This document shows positions 28,551-37,899 of a stretch of DNA of 64,000 nucleotides, piece after piece. The translations under genes were made by a program, and so were the position numbers. The notes below the pieces were generated by a model that was not told where the DNA came from, made no database searches, and saw nothing but the letters and a program-made list of their open reading frames with translations. The stretch lies in IMG/VR virus record IMGVR_UViG_3300035182_001315; one strand, given 5' to 3'. Numbering within the stretch: position 1 is the stretch's first letter; each line of letters begins with the position of its first letter. The DNA comes from a virus. Lineage: Duplodnaviria; Caudoviricetes.

Positions 28551-29387
28551 TTACTGCTTAATTAAGCCATAAAAACCCTTTCCATACCTCGATAACTCAT
28601 CCAAATTGGTAATTTCAGACAATTTGAGGTGTTTCTCATATATCGTTGTTATTCCTCTGTCTATAAATACATCACTTTGAATTTCTGGTCGGGAAATTAC
28701 CCCAAATAAGTACTCTTCCTTGGTAATTGCTGATAAAGACACGTTTGTCTGGTTCCAACCCTCACCGCTGTAAGAAAAATTGGTGGTTTTGGCATTTCCT
28801 GATAAATCCACGAACAAAATACCGCTGGTTTGAGCTGGAGTACCGATATTTGGGTCATTTTTGTCAGTTCCGAAGGTATATGTAGAGGCTGTGCCCAAAT
28901 AAGTTATCCTGTCAACACCCAAAATGCTTTGGCCTTGGTAATTTGTGTAGCTTTCTGTATTAACATCAAAGCCAAGTTGGAACGGAGCCGCCGCACTATA
29001 CGTTTTAACGTCTTCTTTCTTGGAATCCGTGGTACCTGTTATCACCTGATTACCAAAATTGTAATAATAAGCCTCAGTTTTTCCAGTTAATCTTACATCA
29101 ATGTCATTCGGACCCGCTAAGTTGGTAACCGCTGCCCCAGACATGAATGGAAACGTCAGGCCGCTTGCAGCAAGCTTTATTATGAGCGCCGTATAATCTG
29201 CTGGGGTAAATGTACCGGCAAAATTTGGAAGGTATGTGATGTCTGTAAACAAGCCCATATCATCAATGTCCTGCTGAAGAACCACATTTACATAAAAAGA
29301 CGTAGCAGTAACTGCCCCGTAGGTCGGAGAGTTATAATTTCTGTCTGTGTAGTCTTCCAGTAATATTTTTCTTTTAAGTAGTTCCAT
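28551..29387 (-). CDS. Structural-module protein of unknown function
   Basis: 278-aa ORF coupled (TAATG) to the upstream gene. Confidence 0.7.
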   Translation of the reverse strand: MELLKRKILLEDYTDRNYNSPTYGAVTATSFYVNVVLQQDIDDMGLFTDITYLPNFAGTFTPADYTALIIKLAASGLTFPFMSGAAVTNLAGPNDIDVRLTGKTEAYYYNFGNQVITGTTDSKKEDVKTYSAAAPFQLGFDVNTESYTNYQGQSILGVDRITYLGTASTYTFGTDKNDPNIGTPAQTSGILFVDLSGNAKTTNFSYSGEGWNQTNVSLSAITKEEYLFGVISRPEIQSDVFIDRGITTIYEKHLKLSEITNLDELSRYGKGFYGLIKQ

Positions 29388-30238
29388 TATAATGCTTGAA
29401 TTTGGTACAATTTCACTGTTACATCTAAATTATTCGGATTCCCGGCGTTCGTTGTTGTCGAAACGTTTGTTGAATATGTGTCGTCAATATCGTAATAGAA
29501 TCCTGTGTTATCACGAAACAACACATATCTTGTATAAAGCTTGTTTACAAGGTTATCAATCGTATACGGATTCGGTTCTGTCATCAAATTTGTTGATTTT
29601 CCCGTCTTCGCATTGTTATAAGTTCCTTTCATATACAAATACTTCGGAACACCAATTACCATATCATCCTTGTAGCTATAAATATGATAACCTTCATAAA
29701 ATCCCCTTGGTACAAGCAACGGATTTGACAAAACAAATCTCAATGGAATTTGAGAAGCTGGCTTAACCTGTCCAACAGCACCCATGGTTCTTGGTGTACC
29801 TGATGGCCAGAAACTATCACTTGAGAGGTTGCTGTAAATATCAATCTCGTTCACCAGATTTTGAGTTAGTGCGTTATCCGAATCAAAGAAACTTAGAGTA
29901 AGAAAGCTCTGTTTAAAATTGCTTCTTTCAAACTTGATATCATTATCCTCGAATCCGATGGTTGAATAGAACGTTGGAATTGCCAGTGTGTTTGTATTAA
30001 GGAAAAACAGGCTATACATAACGTTCCCAACATGCTGACCATTCTCTACTGGGATAAATCTCACCTTATCGTAATCCAGTATTGGGTTAACAGCCTTCTG
30101 GATTTCAACCTCAACAAATACACGCTCCACCAATTCAGCATTATCCACGATTTGAAAATCCATATTGATAGGGATGTTTATCGTAGTCGCTGTAGTGGCG
30201 CTAAGCAGGGTACTTGAATTTATCTTATATGTTAACAT
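29387..30238 (-). CDS. Structural-module protein of unknown function
   Basis: 283-aa ORF in the tail operon. Confidence 0.7.
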   Translation of the reverse strand: MLTYKINSSTLLSATTATTINIPINMDFQIVDNAELVERVFVEVEIQKAVNPILDYDKVRFIPVENGQHVGNVMYSLFFLNTNTLAIPTFYSTIGFEDNDIKFERSNFKQSFLTLSFFDSDNALTQNLVNEIDIYSNLSSDSFWPSGTPRTMGAVGQVKPASQIPLRFVLSNPLLVPRGFYEGYHIYSYKDDMVIGVPKYLYMKGTYNNAKTGKSTNLMTEPNPYTIDNLVNKLYTRYVLFRDNTGFYYDIDDTYSTNVSTTTNAGNPNNLDVTVKLYQIQAL

Positions 30239-31124
30239 TTATTAATTTATTATTTATCTCTTCATCAAATTTTATTATTATTAAATTAATACCCTTACTT
30301 TTACAGTAAGTTTGCTTGATTAAATCTCTCTTTTTTTGTGACTCAAAAACTTTTTTCCCACCAAAATAATCAATTGGTCTAAAATGTTGGACTCCTTGAT
30401 ATTCGATGCAAATATTTAATTTTGGAATATAAAAATCGAAAGGTAATGGGTTTTTATCTCTACAATCGTTAAATCTTTTCTGTTGTATAAAATTGATACC
30501 ATTTTTAATTAGATAATTTCTAATATCACGTTCGCCCTTAGAATTATTACAAACAGGACATCCGCTACCATTTAAATGTTGATTTGGTGTTGGTTCGAAA
30601 ATACCATGCTCATGACATATAATTTTAATCTTGGTAAATGTTCCAGAATATTCACTTAATGAATAATCATAAACGGAGCCATGTTTAATTATAGCTTCTT
30701 CGATAAAATCGTCTGTTGTTTTACCTCTTCCAATACATCTTGGACATCCCTGACCACTCAGATGACAATTTGGTGTTAATTCGAAAATACCATGTTTTTT
30801 ACATTTTATTTTAATCTTTGTTTGATTATTCTTATATTCTGACAAAGAATAATCATATTTTTCACTGTAAATTAATTTGGCTTTTTGAATAAATTTCATA
30901 TCACCCATCGTTTGTTTTTTTATTCTCTCTTTTTCACCACAATTATAACAACCACGTCCGTTTAAATGATTGTTTGGTTTTTGTTCAAAAATTCCGTGTT
31001 CGGAACAAATTATTTTTATTTTTTCATTACTAAAAAAATATTCTGACAAGGAATAATCATATTTTTCACCGTGAATTAACTTGGCTTTCTCTATAAAAAT
31101 TTTAGTTGTTAATTTTTTTGGCAT
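30225..31124 (-). mobile_element. Free-standing endonuclease: DUF723-like repeats plus Vsr-like domain (paralog of 16451-17335)
   Basis: YDYSLSEY...IKIIC..HGIFE..PN.HL.G.GC..C repeated three times; LPFDFYIPKLNICIEYQGVQHF. Confidence 0.85.
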
Positions 31125-31166
31125 AACTATTTTAATATAAATATCTAATAATACTCAAAAGTTTCG

Positions 31167-32864
31167 TTAACATACTTCGTCAGCTGAGTTTATATTAAAT
31201 TTCTTATCCATTGGGTTACCAATCGGGTCTGAAGGAAATGCAGCATGATACAAATCCCAATCATCGAATGGGTCCTGTCTTCTTACATCAAACGGATAAT
31301 TCTGATAGATGTAATGACAACCATTTGCAAACGGATAATTTACCGTATCCTTCTTGATATCGATTCTTCCAATATCCAGCAAATCTCTCCATAAATATCT
31401 ACCATCACCAAGGTCCGTACTATAATCTGGCTTCCCAGCTGTTGCAGTCGTTCCTTCCTCTATATAGCTGGAGAAATCCCTGATTCTGATAAGTTGGTGT
31501 GCTTTATAGAAATACCCCTCTGGTCTTGGCCCAGACACAATGCTGTTGCTTGTTGTCTCACGATTAACCGTATTGAATCTGTGATAAACATCACCCAATA
31601 CAACTTCCTGTACGGTTGTTGTATTGTATTCAACCACATCACCATAATAGTCATTATTTCCAATGGTTACATTTGTTTCCAAAGGAATTGCTGATACTGG
31701 CACATCCACCGCTACAACATTGTGAATCTTTTGAATTACTGGAATGTTGTTGAGGAATGGATTTGAGTTACCGTTGTTAAGCTCTGGAATGTGGTTAACC
31801 TCAAGACCTGAAGAAACACTGGTGAAGATTCCGTTGCTGGTTGTCTTTACCATGGTTAAATAAAGTTCGCTTAAAGGTCGGCTAAGGTTGTCTACCAAGC
31901 CATCCACGTTGATGTCTTCATTAAAAGTAAACTGATAGATATCATCAGTGAAGATACTTTCTGAGAATGCAAGTTTGTATATTTCATAATCATCTGTTTC
32001 AATTACTGGCGTACTTCTGGTTTTAATCTTCTTAAATTTCCTGAAGTAATACGTTGAGCTTATTCCGTTATAAACCTTTGTCATTCTGCTGTTGTTACCA
32101 ACCGTCATTATACTTGGGTTAACATCGATACAAAAATAATTATCCTTTAATGAGCCATCATCCAATCCAACTCTCTTTACATCATACTCACCGTCCAGCG
32201 TTGTTCCGCTGATTCTTACCGTCCCACCATTGGTTAGATTATGGAATACCGGCACATTAAGAGCTGTCATTGGCTTACCACCAACAACAACCGGCACAGC
32301 ATCAATTATGATAAGGCCATTGTTTACCATTACGTGTTGCGTATCTGCTGAATAAGGATAGGTTACTGTAAGTTCCCAGTTCTTTACCTGAGAGTTTAGG
32401 ATATTGGTTGTGTCAGGAATGAAAGAGAATCGTTCCCTCTTTGGTTCCATGTCATAGAAGTTACAAAGACTTGCACCTGTAAGTACTGGTGAAAAATATC
32501 CATACCACCCCTCAATTTCCTTCAGGTTCTTTTTGATAGATTCTCCGAAGGTCAGGAATGGTTCATCCTTATCCAAATCATTTGCAGTGAAAAGGGTTGT
32601 ACTGAATATCTGCCAACAATCCTTGGTACCTGTGGCATTGAAAAGCACGTTGCTTACCAACGGACTAATCTTTCCGAGGATTCTGTAGAAGGTTGTTGAC
32701 TGTCTTTCAAGATTGAATTGTTCGCCAAGGTCAAGAACCTTATTGATTTCATCTGGTGGCAATAATCTCTCGCTTCCATCAATTTGTACATTGATGAACG
32801 TGTCCGTATTTACAGACTGCTTCGAGTTAAATTTACCTAATATTTGTCTTATCCTTCTATCCAT
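31167..32864 (-). CDS. Structural-module protein (start placed at MDRRIRQ)
   Basis: About 565 aa, ends RYLWRDLLDIG...YPFANGCHY. Confidence 0.7.
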   Translation of the reverse strand: MDRRIRQILGKFNSKQSVNTDTFINVQIDGSERLLPPDEINKVLDLGEQFNLERQSTTFYRILGKISPLVSNVLFNATGTKDCWQIFSTTLFTANDLDKDEPFLTFGESIKKNLKEIEGWYGYFSPVLTGASLCNFYDMEPKRERFSFIPDTTNILNSQVKNWELTVTYPYSADTQHVMVNNGLIIIDAVPVVVGGKPMTALNVPVFHNLTNGGTVRISGTTLDGEYDVKRVGLDDGSLKDNYFCIDVNPSIMTVGNNSRMTKVYNGISSTYYFRKFKKIKTRSTPVIETDDYEIYKLAFSESIFTDDIYQFTFNEDINVDGLVDNLSRPLSELYLTMVKTTSNGIFTSVSSGLEVNHIPELNNGNSNPFLNNIPVIQKIHNVVAVDVPVSAIPLETNVTIGNNDYYGDVVEYNTTTVQEVVLGDVYHRFNTVNRETTSNSIVSGPRPEGYFYKAHQLIRIRDFSSYIEEGTTATAGKPDYSTDLGDGRYLWRDLLDIGRIDIKKDTVNYPFANGCHYIYQNYPFDVRRQDPFDDWDLYHAAFPSDPIGNPMDKKFNINSADEVC

Positions 32865-32866
32865 AA

Positions 32867-35800
32867 TTAAAATGATGCTGATGCTGTACATCCAACACTA
32901 TCGGTTACCACACCTATTACTGGTGAAGCACTTGGTGCTGTGTATACGTTTGTTTGTCCCATATCCACCGGAGTATAGCTATAAGGTGCTATACCACCAG
33001 TTGCGGCATATGTTATTGTGTTTACTACTCTGTTACCACCATTGGCAAGCGTTGTCGCTGGCCTCTGGATTGCTATTGCCAGATAAGCTATGATATTGCT
33101 ATCACAACCTGTTCCGTCTTCTACTGTTATTGTCAACGAACTGTTTATTGGTGTTATTATAACCAACGTATTCAATCCGGCTGTACTTGTAGTTGTTGTG
33201 TTATCGATACCATCAATGTTATAAATGATAGTGTAAGGGAACGGCTGGTCACCCGGAACCAAGTTAAACTTGATAGTGGTTGAGGCTGGGTTACACTGCT
33301 TGCTATTGTTTATACCTGAGGTATTGATTGTTGGCTGTTGTGATTTCACAAGAGTTACAGTTGTTGTAACCGTTTGTGGTACCGGCGATACTGAGTCTGT
33401 TCCTGTAATGGTATAAACACCTTCACACAAATCAATAAAGGAAACATCCAAATATGTACCACCACTTACATAGCTACCCGGACCTGTAACATGAAGGCTA
33501 TACGGCGGAGTACCACCATTAAGTTGTGGATTAAGCACACCGTCACAAGAAATGTTACAGCTTACATCTTCTTTATCCATTGGCAATGTAAACGTCAATG
33601 GTGGAACTGAAGTAAGTTCTAATGTTGTCTGGCAAGTTTCTGGAACAGCACTTGTATCTGTTACAGTGAATATGTATGTTCCAACACTCAAGTTTGTTAT
33701 TGGTGAGTTTGCCACACTTACGTTACTGAAGTTCAGATTGGTTGTTGTACCACTTACATTCAATGAGTATGGCGGCTGGCCACCTACAATTGAATTAATG
33801 TTTACAGAACCATCGGTTGATGATTGAGTTGAAGGGTTCTGGAAGATGCTAAAGCTGCAAATAAGTGGCTGAGGGCCATCAACATTTACATTCTTAACTA
33901 CAACGGTTCCCAATGCGTCAACAGCTGTAATAGTATAAATACCCTGCGTAAGGCCGCTTATAACACCACTCGTTGTTGCGCTTAATGGACCCGAATCAAA
34001 ATTCGTTCCTGTCCACTCGTAATTAAATGGAGCCGTACCACCAATAAAGGTGAATGCTATTGCTCCGTCAGAAACATTTGCATGTGTATTCGTTACGCTG
34101 GTTTCAATGATGAAATCATCACTAACGGCCCTAACACATGGTGTGAAATACTTTGACATCAGCTTGTCAAAGCCGGTCTTTCCCGGTATCAACCCAAAGT
34201 ACATATAGTAAGAATTACCCCATGATTGGAAGCCCATGTCTGGAAAACCACCTTGAGGGAATTTAAAGTTTCTGAATGCAGTATATGCCGCACCATTATG
34301 GTGAGTCGGGTTGGTAATATTACCGTCATACTCAAATGAAGTTCCCAATGAAGGGGTATTCAATGGAGCTGGGTCAACAATTGGATAATAAGGATTCTGA
34401 GAACCGTTAATATTCAACTGATAGAATACATCTCTCACATACCTGTTTATACTGGTTGCTGAATCTACTGGGTCAGATGTATCATAAATTTCATTGATTG
34501 TTACCGTTGCATGCGGTGCTGTTGCGCCGGTAAGAACTTCTGGAAGGTCAACATACAACTCAGAAAGTCTTCTGATATTCGCCGCTTGTCTTGCATTAAA
34601 GCTTACACCAGTACAGTTGATATCAAAGAATAACCCTGTGTAAAGGTTACCTACTTCAATCATACCTGTAACTACAGAATTGTCTTCATCATCGATTTCC
34701 TGAATAAGTGGTGGAATATTATAAGAAGTTTCAGTCATGTACTGAATAATCTTAGGAACACCCTGCCAATCGCAATCCAATACAGCACCCAAACTGATAA
34801 CATCAGTTGGGAACATTTTCATATTGCTACCGTTAAGTACCAATGGTGGATAATAAAGCTCACCGTTGTATTGAACCATGAGACCATTTCTGAACTCAGA
34901 GCTAAAGTTATCATTTACACTTGAAACAGTTGTGTCAGCAAGCTGGTTCGTCTTACATGAATTGAAACCAGTACCACCAGAATAATCCTGACAGTTTGTT
35001 TCACAGAACTTCACCCTACCTCTTCTCTTCTTCTTGTATTTGATAAGGTACAAATACAAAGCGCCGTTAATCCAGTCATTATAGAAATCAAACTGGAAGA
35101 TACCCAATTGCTCACCCAATACTGCTGATACGCAGTCAGTATATTGTTCTACCGTGTTACCATTACAGCCCGGAGTCCATATGGTCTCTGGGTCGGAAGG
35201 ACACTTCATACTGATTGGTTTGATACTCTTGAATGGTCTCCAACCGGCAATCTTAATACCTCTTAACCAACAAAGGATGTTGTTCAAAAGAGAAACAATA
35301 GATGCAATAAGCGTTAATATGAAACAGATAATCGTGAATAATATATTGTTCTTAGTATATGTTCTATTGAAAGGGAACGGAGTCTTGTCACCTACGCAAC
35401 CGTCAACATCTTTTATACCAACGTATGTTTTTGCTCTTCTGCTTACACCTGACTTCTCAACCTTTGAGATGAAGTTCTTTACAGAATAAATCTTGTTCCA
35501 GTAAAGGTCAGTAAAGCTTTTATCATTGGTTGTTTGGTCAAAATTGTAATCCAATTCAGAAAGATTCTGCGGATTGTGTGGTACTAAATACTTACCTCTC
35601 ACACGAAGTCTGCCGGTCCCACCACCTTCATCCATTCCTATTCTAAATCTTACTCTCGCCCTTGTTGGTATACCCTTGCTCTCATCTTCTGATGGAATAA
35701 GATTACCGAACTCATCAGTAATAACATAATCCAAGTTCATTGGAATCTGGTAAGCCCAAGCACCGTTGCTGTCAATAACACGCCCACCCTCAACATCGAA

Positions 35801-36712
35801 TGATTCAATTTGACCATCGGTTGTTTTACGAATCATTTCGATTGTACCTTCTCTTGGAATCTGTTCGCACAGAACACCCAAATTCTTTCTTGGACGGCAT
35901 TGTTTGTTTACAGAATTCTTTCTGCTATCACCGAAAAGGCTACCCATGAATATAGCAGCTGGCCTGATGGTATAGTTCAAATCAATATCCAATCTGTTGA
36001 TACCAATCTCACAACTATCAAGGTCACCCCAGAATGGTTGAACGTTCACACCAACGTTAACAGTCTTCACCTGTACCAATGAGTTTAGGTTCTTACTTTC
36101 CTTGAATTTGGTCGGAGAGTAGAACATTTTTTGTGGTGTGCCTTGGTCAATAAGGTCGTAGGGTCTTTGTGAAGCTATTCCTATATTTGAAATGTCAGCA
36201 TCTACGTGAACTACGTGAGAACCTAACGGTACTCCGAATAACATAAAGTCACCGGCATGATTGGTTGTTGTTGTGAACTTGTAATACTTGTTATAAATCT
36301 CAAGCATTGTATCGTTGTCGAGAATTTCTCTCTTCGCTGGAAAGGTACCGACTGGCGTATAACAAGCATCCTGAGAATCTGATTCCTTTGGAAGAAGGTT
36401 ATAACGAATACCGTTTGTATCTTTGTCGTTTACTGTTGTGTAAGGATAAAGGCCAGCTATGGTTGGGTCACCGGAATCCAGTGTATCGATAGGAACGAAA
36501 ACCGAAACCTTAGCGTTGGGTACACCAAATCCGCTGTTAATAACTACACGTCCAACAATAACACCGTAATCAGCACAGAAGGTTTCGTAAGCCTTGTCCT
36601 GACTAATGTTCAATGATAATATCTCAATGAAATCAAAGTCTTGTTCAACCTTTAACTTCAGGTATTTATCACCGCCATTTGGTGTGGTTCTTAATCTTAT
36701 ATTATTAGACAT
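32867..36712 (-). CDS. Large baseplate-associated protein with SprB-like repeats and a hydrophobic segment
   Basis: 1281 aa; N-terminal GVIVGRV..GVPNAKVSVF; GGTAPFNYEW, GGQPPYSL and GGTPPYSL repeats. Confidence 0.75.
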   Translation of the reverse strand: MSNNIRLRTTPNGGDKYLKLKVEQDFDFIEILSLNISQDKAYETFCADYGVIVGRVVINSGFGVPNAKVSVFVPIDTLDSGDPTIAGLYPYTTVNDKDTNGIRYNLLPKESDSQDACYTPVGTFPAKREILDNDTMLEIYNKYYKFTTTTNHAGDFMLFGVPLGSHVVHVDADISNIGIASQRPYDLIDQGTPQKMFYSPTKFKESKNLNSLVQVKTVNVGVNVQPFWGDLDSCEIGINRLDIDLNYTIRPAAIFMGSLFGDSRKNSVNKQCRPRKNLGVLCEQIPREGTIEMIRKTTDGQIESFDVEGGRVIDSNGAWAYQIPMNLDYVITDEFGNLIPSEDESKGIPTRARVRFRIGMDEGGGTGRLRVRGKYLVPHNPQNLSELDYNFDQTTNDKSFTDLYWNKIYSVKNFISKVEKSGVSRRAKTYVGIKDVDGCVGDKTPFPFNRTYTKNNILFTIICFILTLIASIVSLLNNILCWLRGIKIAGWRPFKSIKPISMKCPSDPETIWTPGCNGNTVEQYTDCVSAVLGEQLGIFQFDFYNDWINGALYLYLIKYKKKRRGRVKFCETNCQDYSGGTGFNSCKTNQLADTTVSSVNDNFSSEFRNGLMVQYNGELYYPPLVLNGSNMKMFPTDVISLGAVLDCDWQGVPKIIQYMTETSYNIPPLIQEIDDEDNSVVTGMIEVGNLYTGLFFDINCTGVSFNARQAANIRRLSELYVDLPEVLTGATAPHATVTINEIYDTSDPVDSATSINRYVRDVFYQLNINGSQNPYYPIVDPAPLNTPSLGTSFEYDGNITNPTHHNGAAYTAFRNFKFPQGGFPDMGFQSWGNSYYMYFGLIPGKTGFDKLMSKYFTPCVRAVSDDFIIETSVTNTHANVSDGAIAFTFIGGTAPFNYEWTGTNFDSGPLSATTSGVISGLTQGIYTITAVDALGTVVVKNVNVDGPQPLICSFSIFQNPSTQSSTDGSVNINSIVGGQPPYSLNVSGTTTNLNFSNVSVANSPITNLSVGTYIFTVTDTSAVPETCQTTLELTSVPPLTFTLPMDKEDVSCNISCDGVLNPQLNGGTPPYSLHVTGPGSYVSGGTYLDVSFIDLCEGVYTITGTDSVSPVPQTVTTTVTLVKSQQPTINTSGINNSKQCNPASTTIKFNLVPGDQPFPYTIIYNIDGIDNTTTTSTAGLNTLVIITPINSSLTITVEDGTGCDSNIIAYLAIAIQRPATTLANGGNRVVNTITYAATGGIAPYSYTPVDMGQTNVYTAPSASPVIGVVTDSVGCTASASF

Positions 36713-37074
36713 TATTTAACTACAATTATTTCGTGCTTATTTATTGGTTCGTAATCTGCGGCCAACTCATCATCATAATCTTCATCATTCTCAAAGCCAT
36801 CATCTTCCTCATCCTCTTCTTCATCCTTCTCTTTGAATATTCTTTCACCCAATGCCTTAACAACCGGAAGCAGGTTGATGGACTTTGAAAGAACTGTAAC
36901 TCTGAACAACACCACCAAGCTTATTGGTATGATGATTATTGTTACTATGGGAGCCATTAACAAAAACAGCAAAAATTTCAGGATATAATCACTTACTTTT
37001 TTTACTGCTGGATTTGTTTGCGATTGATTCTGTTCTATTAATCCGTCTTTCTGTTTGCAACTTTTACAAGCCAT
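36712..37074 (-). CDS. Small membrane protein with CxxC N-terminus and acidic tail
   Basis: MACKSCK; hydrophobic stretch ILKFLLFLLMAPIVTIIIIPISLVVLF; D/E-rich end. Confidence 0.7.
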   Translation of the reverse strand: MACKSCKQKDGLIEQNQSQTNPAVKKVSDYILKFLLFLLMAPIVTIIIIPISLVVLFRVTVLSKSINLLPVVKALGERIFKEKDEEEDEEDDGFENDEDYDDELAADYEPINKHEIIVVK

Positions 37075-37079
37075 GATTT

Positions 37080-37106
37080 TTATTTTACTCTTACTATAAC
37101 ATCCGA
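37080..37106 (-). pseudogene. Stranded C-terminal remnant (SDVIVRVK*) of the baseplate gene 37900-39714
   Basis: TCG GAT GTT ATA GTA AGA GTA AAA TAA versus current end TCT GAT ATT ATC GTG CGA GTA AAA TAA. Confidence 0.85.
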
Positions 37107-37852
37107 TACAGTTCTTCTAACGTTATCGAACAATTCGAACTTTTATTTATATTTTCTTCCCACGGAATGAATTCAAGATTTTTAATATTTCCAATTATCT
37201 CTGGCTCGACACCGTTCTTAAATCCTTCCAATATTGAATACTTATGGTCTAACTGATATGCACCTTTAATTCCACATTTTCCTCTTTTTTCGTAATTTGA
37301 TAGTGTTTCTAACAGTTGTTTATTCGTTACTTTTGTCACTAATTTTCTATATTTTTTAAAAATTGGTAATAATGAAACATATTCGTCGTATGTAAATCCA
37401 TTTTTCTTAGCATTCTTAATTTCTTGTGCCAGACCAATATCTCTGGTGATTCCTAAACCGTTCAGAATTCGTTGCGGAACAGTAGATGATGTCCCAAGTG
37501 CTCTACCAATTTCTACTGTTGACATGTTATCCACCAAATACATTTTCTTAATATCTTCATATTTTATCCTTCTATTTTCAACTTGCTCTTTGATGTCTGC
37601 CGTAAACAATTTATTACATTTAAGACATAGGTATCGTTGTTTTTCATATTTTGTTTTTCCTTCTTTTCGACACTCACCAGAACAGTGGACACATTTAATA
37701 TTACACTTTATTTTCCCTGTAACAACCCCTTCCTTTTTAAGCCTTAATCTGATTGTTTCTGGGTCACAAGTAAAAATTTTAGCTATTTCACCACAATTTT
37801 TACCATTTTCAAACAGTCGTTTGATTTCTTCATTGTTTATTTCTTTCTTCAT
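37094..37852 (-). mobile_element. Free-standing HNH-like endonuclease with HTH and InsA-like Zn ribbon (start placed at MKKEIN)
   Basis: CVHC...G...KQRYLCLKC; C-terminal GAYQLDHKYS..EGFKNGVEPEIIGNIKNLEFIPW. Confidence 0.75.
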
Positions 37853-37899
37853 AATAATAAATATCATGAAATTTGGTAAAACCACCACTTTGTTAGAAT

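Noticed and set aside
27845-28560. Terminal duplication around the 27856-28503 nuclease
   Set aside because: Only a weak echo (INKLR* overlapping the next ATG versus LIKQ*); not supportable without an empty allele.
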